Below are positions 32,811 to 42,827 of a stretch of DNA of 64,000 nucleotides, piece by piece. The DNA is taken from the NCBI GenBank assembly GCA_963842525.1, contig CAWJGT010000004.1, positions 32,001 to 96,000 of the forward strand, written 5' to 3'. A program made the position numbers and the translations under genes. The stretch is from an uncultured Holophagales bacterium (lineage in GTDB: Bacteria > Acidobacteriota > Thermoanaerobaculia > Multivoradales > UBA5704). Under the pieces are notes generated by a model. It had not been told where the DNA came from, ran no database searches, and worked only from the letters and a program-made list of their open reading frames with translations. Numbering within the stretch: the stretch's first letter is position 1; each line of letters starts with the position of its first letter.

Positions 32811-33363
32811 CAGCGGAGCTTGCCTCGTCTCTGGGCAGGCTTATGGCGGTTTGGCGGAGCTTGCACCGCCTCAGCGGAGCTTGCCTCGCTTCAAGGTAAG
32901 CGAGTGGCGTCCTGGCGGAGCTTGGGTCGTCGTGGAGGAGCTTACCGCGGCTCAGGGCAAGCTTGCGTCAGCCTGGCGGAGCTTGCGTTGCTTCAGCGGA
33001 GCTTACGTCGGCTCAGCGTAAGCTCCGCTGGCACGATGTAAGCTCCGCCACGCCGATGCAAGCTTACATCGGCTCGCCGTAAGCTCCGCCAAGCTGGTGC
33101 AAGCTCCGCTGGCCCAATGCAAGCTTACATTGGCCCAACGTAAGCTCCGCTGGCGCGATGTAAGCTCCGCCACGGCGGTGTAAGCTTACATCGGCTCGCC
33201 GTAAGCTCCGCCAGGCTGATGCAAGCTCCGCTGGTCCAATGCAAGCTTACATTGGCTCAACGTAAGCTCCGCTGGCGCGATGTAAGCTCCGCCACGCCGA
33301 TGCAAGCTTACGTCGGCTTGCCGTAAGCTCCTCCAGGCCAACGCAAGCTCCGCTGGCGCGATG
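32811..33363. repeat. phased 20-21-bp repeat array with AGCT core (~26 units), orientation switch near 33012, 122-bp higher-order period
   Basis: GCGGAGCTTRC units followed by GYAAGCTCCGC units; 122-bp blocks start at 33017, 33139, 33261. Confidence 0.9.
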
Positions 33364-33910
33364 TTCATCTGCGGGGCTCCCTCGCCCGGGAAAGTCATCC
33401 GCCCGTTGGGATCTGGTGCCAGGGACTCGAGCAGGGCCGTGCGGCTCTGGGCTCGCGTGACGAAGGCTTGCTCCTGTTGGGCAAGCTAAGTTAGAACGCG
33501 GCAGCGAATGAGTTGCATATCCGTCGTCTATTACCAACGAGCTTCCCGGGTCAGGCCGCAGTCGCAATGCCCGGTTCGGACTCCTTGCGTTTCTTGTCCC
33601 GGAGCATCGCCCGGATCACCGTCACCGCCCTTTCGGCGCCAGATTCAGGAAGTCGTTCGGCGCCTGTGACCTCCCGGATATAGGCATCATCTACGATTAT
33701 CCGGACGGCAGCTCCACTCGCCACAGAGAGGACGAGCTCCTGTTGAACAGTAGCCTTGCGGCCGGTCGGCAGGGATCCGGAAATGCGAGAGCTGGAACTC
33801 GACGTCTCGCGTGTCTCCAGTGAAATGGCGTCACAGTAATGAATCTCGTTAGTCCACTCGTTTACCGCGATGTCGCGAAGGAAGTCGTAAAAGCAGGAGT
33901 ACGAGGCTAA

Positions 33911-34685
33911 GGGCTCGTCACGAAATAAGTGTCTCATCTGCGGGCTCTCTCGCCCCGGGAAGTCAACGCCGTCTGACGACTGCACCAAAGGTACGGCGCG
34001 ACGCTAGGAGCGCCAGCGTCTCGCCGGCATCATCAAGACAGCGGGCCGAAAGCCCGGCCTTCTGGGAAGAACGGCGGGAAGCGAGGTGGGGGTTCGGGCT
34101 GGCTGCGGAGGCCCATCGCCGGTCGCCGTAGCCGCGGGGACTGTGGGCCGGCGGGACGCCGGCGCTCCCAGTGGGCGATGGCTCGGCCCTTGCGCGAGTT
34201 CGAACCGCTGCCGCGGCGGCGACAACGCCCACCGCGGGACCAGCTACAGCCACCGCAGGGAGTTCGAACCGCTGCCGCGGCGGCGACAACGCCCGCCGCG
34301 GGACCAGCTACAGCCACCGCGGGGAGTTCGAACCGCTGCCGCGGCGGCGACAACGCCCACCGCGGGACCAGCTACAGCCACCGCGGGAAGTTCGAACCGC
34401 TGCCGCGGCGGCGACAACGCCCGCCGCGGGACCAGCTACAGCCACCGCGGGAAGTTCGAACCGCTGCCGCGGCGGCGGCAACGCCCACCGCGGCAGCAGC
34501 TCCATCCACCGCGGGGAGTTCGAACCAGTCCGCGGGACCAGCAGGACTGCCGGCTTCCCGCCCTAGATCCTACACTCCCGTTCAGCATGACACGATAGAC
34601 CGGGCTCTGCGGTGAGAACCTTCCTGGATCGCTGGCGAGCTTCTTTGGAAGACCGAAACTGCGACACTTATTTCGTGACGAGCCC
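33911..34685. mobile_element. non-autonomous MITE, 775 bp, 23-bp perfect TIRs, TAA target duplication
   Basis: GGGCTCGTCACGAAATAAGTGTC at 33911-33933, reverse complement at 34663-34685; TAA at 33908-33910 and 34686-34688. Confidence 0.9.
34197..34526. repeat. 64-bp tandem repeat, 5 units + partial
   Basis: AGTTCGAACC at 34197, 34261, 34325, 34389, 34453, 34517. Confidence 0.95.
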
Positions 34686-34937
34686 TAAGTGGCGATCGGT
34701 GAGCCATAAGATGTTAACTCGGTAGACCCCGAAGCGCAGAGCTCCATCATCTCCTATTCTCCGCAATCCTAAATTCCGAGAATCAATATCAACGCCCTCG
34801 ATCCCCGCTCCTGGTTAGATAGACACCAGGGCAATGATGTTTGTTGACCTTCGGTAGTTTGGTTGGGCCGCCCTATCCCTTCACCGCCCCCGCCGTCAGA
34901 CGAGCGGCAGGAGCACCCTGGTAAAGGTCTGCTTGGC

Positions 34938-34961
34938 GGGCGCAGCATGCTGCGCCCCTAC
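34938..34961 (-). repeat. GTAG-family REP
   Basis: perfect palindrome GGGCGCAGCATGCTGCGCCC followed by CTAC. Confidence 0.7.
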
Positions 34962-35014
34962 AGCCTGTTTGAGGAGATATCGGGTCGACCTTGCCCTGAA
35001 AGCTCCGCATGCGT

Positions 35015-35068
35015 CCCCCCTCTCCCGGTTGGGGGGAGGGCGATGGGAGAGGGGGACAGGGGGTGAGG
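35015..35068. repeat. REP-like palindrome, CCCCTCTCCC family
   Basis: matches the 8521 copy; lies after the stop of the oxidoreductase. Confidence 0.85.
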
Positions 35069-35074
35069 AGCCGT

Positions 35075-36591
35075 CTACCCCAGGTCTTTGTTCGTCGGCC
35101 CGTTGAGGGCCCTGCCGTAGGGGTCGAAGCGCGAGCCGTGGCAAGGGCAATCCCAGGTGGATTCGGTCGAATTCCAGTGGACGACGCAGCCCAGGTGGGG
35201 GCACAGGGCGGACCTCTCGTGGAGGACGCCGTTCTCGTCCCGGTAGACGGCGTATTTGGCCAGCCCGCGCCGTACGACGGCCCCTCCTCCCGGCAGGATC
35301 TCGCGCTCGGACTCGACCTCGCCCGGCGTCAGCCAGTCCGCATACTGCGCGAGGATGTTGGCGTTCTCGACGATGAAGTCGCGCTCCGTGGCCCAGCGCG
35401 CGCGGCGGGGGTCGTAGAGGCCCGCCCAGGGATTCTCCCGGCCGAGGAGCAGGTCGGTGAGGAGCATGCCGGCGATGGTGCCGTGCGTCATGCCGTGCCC
35501 CGAATCGCCGGTGGCGATGAGGACGTTGCCGGGGCCGGTCAGCGGGCGTCCGAGGAAGGCGAGGCTGTCCACCGGCTCCAGGACCTGCCCGGACCAGCGA
35601 AATTCGACCTCCCGGATCGGGAACCGCTGCCGGGTCCAGGCCTCAAGCGACAGGAAGCGCTCGTCGCCGTCGTCCCGCTGGCCCGTCCGGTGGTCCTCGC
35701 CGCCCACGATCAGGATGTCCGTATCGCCGTTGTGGGAGCCGCCGCGCAGGCGCACGTAGTGGTAGGAGTCCAGGGTGTCCCAGTAGAGGGCCTTCGGAAT
35801 GGCGCCGTGGTCGATCCGTGCGCCGATCACATAGGTCCGGTAGGCGGCCTGGATCACGTCCTTGAAGAGGTCGTCGACGATCGGTGCGTTGGTCGCGACC
35901 ACGGCGGCGCGGGCCCGCACCACCGGCCCGCCCGCGGTCTGGACCCGGGCGTCGCACCCTCCTTCGACGCGGACGGCGCGCGTCCCGGTGTGGATCCGGC
36001 CGCCCCGGCGCTCGACCGCGCGCGCCAGCCCGGCGAGGTAGCGGACCGCGTCGATCTGGCCCTGGCCGGGGAAGCGCAGGCACGGTCCGGTGTCGAAGTC
36101 GGGCAGTGGGGCCGCGGCACGCGCTCGACGCCGGTCAGGCCCGCACGGCGGGCGGCATCGAGCTCGCGGCTCAGCTCGTCGACCGTCTCGCCCGGCGGCG
36201 CGAAGAGATATCCGTCCAGCCGCTCATAGCCGCAGTCGATCTCCTCGCGGGCGACGATCTCGCCAATGCGCTCGATCGCCGCCGTGTGGCTCTCGGCGGC
36301 GCGCCGCGCCCCGTCCTGCCCGAACAGCCGTTCGAGCTCGTAGTAGCGGTCGTCGAGCGCGTTCGAGAGGTGGGCGGTGGTGCGGCTCGTCTCGCCCCCG
36401 GCGATCGGCCCGTCGTCGAGAACCACGACCGAGACGCCGCTCTGGACGAGGTGCCAGGCGGTCGACAGCCCGGCGATGCCGGCTCCGACGATGCAGATGT
36501 CGGCCCGGGCGTCCGCGGTCAGAGGGCTGCGGACCGGCAGCTCGGTGTCGGCGGTCCAGACCGGAATGCACTGCCCCGCATCGGTCTTCAT
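35075..36591 (-). CDS. FAD-dependent oxidoreductase with C-terminal Rieske [2Fe-2S] domain (YhfW-like; frameshift near 36110)
   Basis: IVGAGIAG, GETSRTTAHL, ATGDSGHGMTHG, CPHLGC...CPCHGS. Confidence 0.88.
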
Positions 36592-36695
36592 ACCACTCCC
36601 CAGCATTGGCGCAAAAAACGCCTTCCGCAAGGGGGGCGGGGAACCAAAAACGGTCCAAGACCGCATAGAATCGGTTGGGGTCAACCGGAGAAGAC

Positions 36696-37057
36696 ATGCA
36701 AGCCACCATGCGTACCCGCTTCTACTCCTCATCCCGCCCGTCGAGGCCGTGATCGGCCGTTTTTCGCCGATGATCGGGTTGCTCGAGAAGATCGGCGGGA
36801 AGGACGCGGCCGAGGTGCTCGGCTTCAGCATGGACGTGGCGCGGCAGGACGCCTGGAACCACGCCGTGATCCTGGCCCATCTGCCCTTGCGCCTCCAGGA
36901 GATCACCATCGACGCTCTCGACGGCAAGGTCTCGTTCCTGGGCAAGATCATCGCCAACCCCGTGGGGGTCGTGGGCAAGGCCGTCGAGCTGATCCGGATG
37001 ACCGAGAGCGACGACGTGCCGGCCATCATCGACGCCCTGAACAGCGTCGTGCAGTGA
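36696..37057 (+). CDS. hypothetical protein (5' end uncertain, possible frameshift near 36718)
   Basis: typical codon usage from ~36720; GGAG upstream of ATG 36696; apparently cotranscribed with the DinB gene. Confidence 0.55.
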
Positions 37058-37066
37058 GGAGCCCCC

Positions 37067-37570
37067 ATGCCCCCAATACCTGGCCCGCGCGTCCAGATGC
37101 TCCTGCGGATCCTCGACCAGGGCTTCGACCGCAAGTCCTGGCACGGCACCAACCTGCGCGGCTCGCTGCGCGGGGTGACGGCCGAGGAGGCAGCCTGGCG
37201 GCCGGCCCCGGACCGGCACAACATCTGGGAGCTGGCGGTCCACGCCGCCTACTGGAAATACTCGGTGGCGCGCCGCCTCCGTGGCGGCGAGCGGGGCTCG
37301 TTCCCCTTGAAAGGGAGCAACTGGTTTCCCCGGCCGCTCGGCCCTACCGATCGCGATCCGGACGAGAAGGCCTGGAAGGAGGATCTCGCGCTCCTCGGCC
37401 GGATGCACCGCGAGCTGCGCGAGGCGGTCGAGGAGCTACCCGACGATGCCCTCGACCAGATTCCTCCGGGCAGCAAGACCCGGCTGGACGACCTCATCTC
37501 CGGCGTGGCGTTTCACGACATCTACCACGCCGGACAGATTCAGATATTGAAGCGGCTGATGCGGAGCTGA
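37067..37570 (+). CDS. DinB family protein
   Basis: SWHG, HNIWELAVH, HDIYHAGQI. Confidence 0.88.
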   Translation: MPPIPGPRVQMLLRILDQGFDRKSWHGTNLRGSLRGVTAEEAAWRPAPDRHNIWELAVHAAYWKYSVARRLRGGERGSFPLKGSNWFPRPLGPTDRDPDEKAWKEDLALLGRMHRELREAVEELPDDALDQIPPGSKTRLDDLISGVAFHDIYHAGQIQILKRLMRS

Positions 37571-37657
37571 CGCTCGATATACTCGGCGGGGCCGGAAACC
37601 GCTTTCCGGCCAGCAGCTCCGGAGCTATCGTGAACCATCCAGCAGATGAGAGGGCCC

Positions 37658-38861
37658 ATGACGGCCTTATAGCGAACAAGACTTGGAGGCCATGCTCTGC
37701 GACCTCGAATCGGATGTGGCCGAGCGGAAAGAATCCTTCAAGGGTGACGCGCCAACCAAGGTACGTGAGGCCGTCTGTGCGTTCGCCAATGACCTGCCCG
37801 ACCACCGGCGGCCGGGCGTGATCTTCATCGGCGCGCGGGACGACGGGAGCCCGGCGGGGCTGGCGGTGACGGACGAGCTCCTCCGCCAGCTCGCAGACAT
37901 GAAGACCGACGGCAACATCGTCCCGCCGCCGACGCTGACCGTTGGGAAGCACCTGCTCCGTGGCTCTGAAATGGCCGTCGTGACCGTCTGGCCTGCGGAT
38001 TCACCTCCTGCTCGTTTCAAGGGACGGATCTGGGTCCGCGTCGGACCGAGAAGGGCCATCGCCCAGGACGAGCGCATCTTGAACGAGAAGAGACGGCACC
38101 GCGATCCCCATTTCGATGCGCAACCCGTTCCCGCGGCCACGCTGGCCGACCTCAGCCGGCGGCGTTTCGAGGAGGACTACCTGCCCTCCGCATTCAGCGC
38201 CGAGGTGCTGGCCGCGAACGACCGCAGCTATGAGCAGCGTCTCGCCTCGACCAAGATGGTCCTCTCGACCGATGTTCCGACGCCGACGGTGGCCGGGATC
38301 CTCGTCCTTGGCACCCGCCCGCGGGATTTCATCCCGAGCGCCTATGTGCAATTCCTTCGCGTGGCCGGCCTGGAATGGGGCGATCCGGTCCGCGACGAGG
38401 CCGTGCTGGAGGGACCGATCGGGGACCTGGTTCGGCGCGTCGACGAAAAGCTCGCCGCGCACAACCGGACGGCGGTCGACTTCACCTCCGGGCCGGTCGA
38501 GACCCGCTCTTCCACCTATCCGATGGCCGCCCTGCAGCAGCTCGTCCGCAATGCTGTCATGCACCGAGCCTATGAGGGGACGAACTCGCCGATCCGCGTT
38601 TACTGGTTCGACGATCGCATCGAGATCATCAGCCCGGGCGGTCCCTACGGCATCGTCACCTCGGAGACGTTCGGGCAACCCGGCGTCGTCGACTACCGCA
38701 ATCCGATCCTTGCCGAGGCGATGCGCGTGCTGGGGCTCGTGCAGCGCTTCGGTTTCGGCATTCCGACGGCACGCCGGGAGCTCCGCGAGAAAAACCACCC
38801 CGATCCCGCATTCCTCGTCGAACCCACCCGCGTCCAATGCACGGTATGGGCTCGTCGATAA
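37658..38861 (+). CDS. AlbA_2 (Schlafen) domain + HATPase_c_4 protein
   Basis: ESDVAERK, AVCAFAND, NAVMHRAY, RIEIISPGG, YRNPILAE; probable 1-nt frameshift near 37668 (MTAYSEQDLEAM). Confidence 0.85.
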
Positions 38862-38890
38862 CTTGACCAGCCGTGTCCTTCCACAGCGTC

Positions 38891-40141
38891 TCACACCCGT
38901 TCGATCACCGCGGCGATCCCCTGGCCGCCGCCGATGCAGAGCGTGATGAGCGCTGTGCCCAGGCCGCGCCGTTCGAGCTCGTCCACGGCCGTGCCCAGGA
39001 GCATGGCTCCCGTGGCTCCGAGAGGATGCCCGAGCGCGATGGCGCCGCCGTTGACGTTGACCTTCTCCGGATCGATCCCCAGATTGCGGATCGTCTGCAG
39101 CGGGACCGTGGCGAAGGCTTCGTTGATCTCCCAGAGGTCGATGTCGCCCGGCTCCATGCCGGCCGCCGCGAGCGCCTTGCGGGAGGCCGGGGTCGGAGCG
39201 GTCAGCATGATCACCGGCTCGGCGCCGGCGGTGGCCATCGCCCGGATGCGCGCCCGGGGTTTCAGGCCGCGCTCCCGAACGTGCTCCTCCGAGGCGAGCA
39301 GGACCGCCGCCGCGCCGTCCACCACGCCGCTCGAGTTGCCGGCGGTGTGCACGTGGCGGATCTCCTGCACCTGGGGGTAGCGCCGCAGGGCGATCTCGTC
39401 CCAGGTCTCCTCGCTGTCCGCGGGCCGGGAGGCGCCGAAGGCCGCGAACGAGGGGGCGAGCTGGGCGAGGCCCTCCAGGGTGGTGTCCGGGCGCAGGTGC
39501 TCGTCCTTCTCCAGGACGATCCGGCCGGTCTCCGGATCGAGCACCGGGAACAGGCTGCGCGAGAAACGGCACTCGGCCTGCGCCCGCGCGGCACGCCGCT
39601 GGGACAACAGGGCGAAGGCATCCACGTCCTCGCGCGAGAAGCCTTCGAGGGTGGCGATCAGGTCGGCGCTGATCCCTTGGGGCACCTGCCAGACCTTCCC
39701 TCGCAGCCGCAGGTTGCCGCCGTCCTGGCCCGCGCCGTCCGAGCCGATGCCGTTGCGCGACATGCTCTCGACGCCTCCGGCCACGACCAGCCGCTGCATC
39801 CCGGACATCACGCCCATGGCGCCGAAATGGACCGCCTGGAGGCCGGAGCCACAGAAGCGGTTCAAGGTGACGCCGGTCACCTCCTCGGGCCAGCCGGCCG
39901 CGAGGACGGCATTGCGGGCGATATTCGCTCCCTGCTCGCCCGCCTGGGAGACGCATCCGACGACCACGTCGTCGACCTCCCGCCGGTCGAGGCCGGTGCG
40001 CCCGGCGAGAGCTTCGAGGGTCTGGGCGAACAGCTCCTGGGGATGAATGTGGGACAGAGCTCCCTTGCCGGCCTTGCCGCGTCCGCGGGGGGTCCGGACG
40101 GCATCGAGGATGTAGGCGTGCGAGGTCTGATTTTGAGGCAT
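38891..40141 (-). CDS. acetyl-CoA C-acyltransferase (thiolase)
   Basis: [26 protein letters not shown]. Confidence 0.95.
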   Translation of the reverse strand: MPQNQTSHAYILDAVRTPRGRGKAGKGALSHIHPQELFAQTLEALAGRTGLDRREVDDVVVGCVSQAGEQGANIARNAVLAAGWPEEVTGVTLNRFCGSGLQAVHFGAMGVMSGMQRLVVAGGVESMSRNGIGSDGAGQDGGNLRLRGKVWQVPQGISADLIATLEGFSREDVDAFALLSQRRAARAQAECRFSRSLFPVLDPETGRIVLEKDEHLRPDTTLEGLAQLAPSFAAFGASRPADSEETWDEIALRRYPQVQEIRHVHTAGNSSGVVDGAAAVLLASEEHVRERGLKPRARIRAMATAGAEPVIMLTAPTPASRKALAAAGMEPGDIDLWEINEAFATVPLQTIRNLGIDPEKVNVNGGAIALGHPLGATGAMLLGTAVDELERRGLGTALITLCIGGGQGIAAVIERV

Positions 40142-40153
40142 GTCTGATCTCCG

Positions 40154-40169
40154 GTACGAACGATCGTAC
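40154..40169. promoter_or_regulatory. putative TetR operator upstream of thiolase
   Basis: palindrome GTACGA-ACGA-TCGTAC; similar site upstream of tetR. Confidence 0.6.
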
Positions 40170-40219
40170 GATTTTGGAAACGGTGTGGAGCGGCGTTCTC
40201 TCTCATTGGGCCGTCCTCC

Positions 40220-40810
40220 TCAGACGCGGCAGTCGGCGAGCAGCCGCTCGAAGGCGTAGCGGGCACGGGCCTCGGCGCGCGGATCGCGCAGCAGCCGCCG
40301 GGAGTCGTGGTAGCCGAGGGTGATCGCGTAGAAATCGAAAGCGAACTGCTCGGGGTCGAGGCCGGTCCGGAAGTGTCCGGCTTCCTGGGCGATGCGGGCC
40401 GCCTTGGCAAGCGCGGCCACGCGGGCGCGATGCGCCTGGACCAGGAAATCGCGGAGCGGCCCCGGCCGGTCGTCCAGCTCCGCCGAGGCGGCGATCAGGG
40501 GACAGCCACCGGGCATGTCCTGGCCGTTGATCCATTCGATCCACCGGTCGAACAGGGCGCGGATGCGCGGCTCGCCCCGCGGCCCGGTGAGAGCCGGGCG
40601 GATGACCTCGTATTCGAAGCGGTGGACCGCGCTCTGGAGGACCTGGAGCTGGAGCTCGTCCTTGGAGCCGAAATGGGCGAAGAGGCCGCTCTTCGACAGC
40701 CCCAGCTCGGCCGACAGCGTGCCGATGGTCAACCCCTCCAGGCCGTCCCGGCTGGCGAGGCGGACGGCCTGGTCGACGATACGGTCGCGGGTCTCGGCTC
40801 CCTTGCCCAT
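40220..40810 (-). CDS. TetR/AcrR family regulator
   Basis: LTIGTLSAELGLSKSGLFAHFGSKDEL HTH. Confidence 0.93.
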   Translation of the reverse strand: MGKGAETRDRIVDQAVRLASRDGLEGLTIGTLSAELGLSKSGLFAHFGSKDELQLQVLQSAVHRFEYEVIRPALTGPRGEPRIRALFDRWIEWINGQDMPGGCPLIAASAELDDRPGPLRDFLVQAHRARVAALAKAARIAQEAGHFRTGLDPEQFAFDFYAITLGYHDSRRLLRDPRAEARARYAFERLLADCRV

Positions 40811-40819
40811 GGCGGTATT

Positions 40820-40836
40820 ATGCGAACGGTCGTTCT
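40820..40836. promoter_or_regulatory. putative TetR autoregulatory operator
   Basis: ATGCGA-ACGG-TCGTTC resembles the 40154 site. Confidence 0.5.
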
Positions 40837-42820
40837 ATTTTGTCAAGGGGGTACGGAGCCGGCGCCACCGGTCGGGGGCGGAGGGCTCGCGGGACCTGGT
40901 GAGGAGCCGCAGGAGACGGCTTGCGGTGTGGCCGATGCGCCAGCTCCGAGACGCGAAGACGGCGGCCAGCAACTGGTCCCGCGCTGCCACCTTCGCCCCG
41001 GTGCGCAGCAGCTCGTCGCCATGGCGGGTCTGCAGCTCGACCGATTCCCGGTCCTGCAGGGTGCTCCGGACCTCCGACTCGGCAATGACACCATCGCGGT
41101 AGTCGATCCCCGCGCGGAGCCTGCGTCTTTCCACGAGGGCGTACCGATGCGCAGCGAGCGCATCACGGGCGCCGGCCGAAAGCGGAGGCACCGGGTCGAG
41201 ATCGAGAGCGGCGCCGCTTTCCAGGGCTTCCAGCAACTCGAGCTGACAGGCATTGAGATAGCTGCGCCGGGCTGTGGGGTCGCAGGGGTGGCGGTCCAGG
41301 GCAGGATCGAGGAAGGATCTGACGTCAGCCTCCTCCAGCTCGCGGAGGCCGGCGCCCCCGAATCGGGCGATCTCCTCGCGCAACCGCCGAAGCGTGGCCA
41401 TGGGGTCGGCGATCAGGTCGTGATACGAGACCAGGACGCGGGGCAGGCCGAGCGAGCCCGCCAGAGCAGCCTGGGTGTGCAGCTCCCAGAGCGCGATCCC
41501 GAACGGGATCGGGAGGCAGTCGTGATCCTGCAGCGAGCGGGCGACCGACAGCGGATCGCGGTGGACCAGCACGCAGAGAGGCTTCTCCAGAAGCTCCTTC
41601 CAGAACGGGAAGAGAAGGCAGAGGCGCGGATCCGTGACGGCCCAGGGGCCCTGGTCGTCAAAGCCCTGGATCAGCTCGCGAGCGCGCGCCTCGAAGGCGG
41701 AGCGTTGGGATGCGGAGAGCCGGCCGAGGTCGAGGTGATCCACCTCGGACCAGCTTGCGTCGAGCATCGCCAGCACGGCATCGTCAAGGATCGCAGCATC
41801 GTCGTGATCGGCCCACAGTCCCATCAGGCTGAGGAGCCGCGTCACGGCGGAGACCCCGGCCCGGTGCATGCCGAGCACGGCGAGCCGCGGTGGCGGGGCG
41901 GACCGCGCCGGCGGGTGCAGGCCCCGGCCTCGATCAGTCCCTCGATCAGTCCCCTGGCGCAGCCGCTGGTTGAACACCTCGCCGCGCATCCGGGCGAGCG
42001 GATAGGGCGTCGGGAGCAGAGCGCCGGCAGGGTCCACGAGGCCGTGGTAGTGGAGGATGGCGGGATCGCGGGCGAGGAAGCCCTCGGGAGGCTCGAGGTG
42101 CGTCGCATTGAGCTGATAGTTCAGCTCGACCGGGGCCTCCTCGAAAGGCACGGGACAGGCCGCCAGGGCCAGGCTGAGGCTTGCCTGGTGAAGGTGCCGC
42201 TCACAGGGGTACACCAGCTCGGGGCGCTCGGCGAGCTCGCGGTTGAAACCGCCCCAGACTGGAACAAGCTGCCGGGCCAGTTTGGATGGGATGAGGATGA
42301 AGCCTGCATTGAAATAGGGGATCGTCGGAGCACGGGTCCATCCGATGACATGACTGCGCAGCGGCAGCGGCAGCTTGAAATGTTCAAAGAGGCGCACGAA
42401 GACGTCGTGCGTCACCGTCGGCAGCGATTCGATCTTCGCCTGCAACCGCCCGTACTGCATCAGGGGGAGCGGGTCGCGCACGACCACCATGTCGCAGTCG
42501 AGGGCGAGGAGCATCTCGCGGCCCTCGTCCCAGGCCTCTTCGAAGAACCGCAACCTGTTCGCGGAGCCATTGTTCGGGTGGAAGCTCCGGACGGTGCGCA
42601 CCTCGCAGCCGTAGCTTTCGAGCTCCTTCCGCGAGGAGCCTGCGATCCCCTCCACGGCGCAGACCAGCAGCCTTGCCTGCGCAAGGCCGCCGCCGAACCA
42701 GCGGATCGACTGGACAAGGCGGAGCGCCTGGCCGAGGTACTTGGGATTGTTCTCCGCGACGCAGCCGACCAGGAGATCGGCAGCGGAGAGGGCTGTCTCC
42801 TGAGGCACGAGGGAGGCCAT
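40835..42820 (-). CDS. GT-A glycosyltransferase (GT8-like) fused to sulfotransferase-like domain
   Basis: ALDCD DxD, YFNAG, ILHYH; VLGMHRAGVS, DPRLC, HRDPLSVARSL. Confidence 0.75.
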   Translation of the reverse strand: MASLVPQETALSAADLLVGCVAENNPKYLGQALRLVQSIRWFGGGLAQARLLVCAVEGIAGSSRKELESYGCEVRTVRSFHPNNGSANRLRFFEEAWDEGREMLLALDCDMVVVRDPLPLMQYGRLQAKIESLPTVTHDVFVRLFEHFKLPLPLRSHVIGWTRAPTIPYFNAGFILIPSKLARQLVPVWGGFNRELAERPELVYPCERHLHQASLSLALAACPVPFEEAPVELNYQLNATHLEPPEGFLARDPAILHYHGLVDPAGALLPTPYPLARMRGEVFNQRLRQGTDRGTDRGRGLHPPARSAPPPRLAVLGMHRAGVSAVTRLLSLMGLWADHDDAAILDDAVLAMLDASWSEVDHLDLGRLSASQRSAFEARARELIQGFDDQGPWAVTDPRLCLLFPFWKELLEKPLCVLVHRDPLSVARSLQDHDCLPIPFGIALWELHTQAALAGSLGLPRVLVSYHDLIADPMATLRRLREEIARFGGAGLRELEEADVRSFLDPALDRHPCDPTARRSYLNACQLELLEALESGAALDLDPVPPLSAGARDALAAHRYALVERRRLRAGIDYRDGVIAESEVRSTLQDRESVELQTRHGDELLRTGAKVAARDQLLAAVFASRSWRIGHTASRLLRLLTRSREPSAPDRWRRLRTPLTK

Positions 42821-42827
42821 GAACCGT

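Larger units (their letters stand above)
33551..34814 (-). pseudogene. hypothetical protein interrupted by MITE
   Basis: excising 33911-34688 restores one frame ...DDGALRFGVYRVNILWLTDRH-LASYSCFYDFLRDIAVNEWTNEIHY...; upstream stop at 34815-34817. Confidence 0.75.

Noticed and set aside
32811-33363. CRISPR array or coding repeat
   Set aside because: Variable parts are only ~10 nt and themselves recur. The mixed 20/21 spacing and stop codons break any frame.
33364-33970. integron cassette flanked by attC sites
   Set aside because: The flanking repeats lack RYYYAAC/GTTRRRY ends and no integrase is present.
33551-33988. 145-aa ORF as an intact gene
   Set aside because: Its first 26 codons come from the MITE; the true frame continues beyond 34688.
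34197-34526. CRISPR array
   Set aside because: Whole 64-bp units are near-identical, with no unique spacers and no cas genes.
34190-34530. tRNA genes suggested by GTTCGAA
   Set aside because: No cloverleaf, D-arm or acceptor stem could be built.
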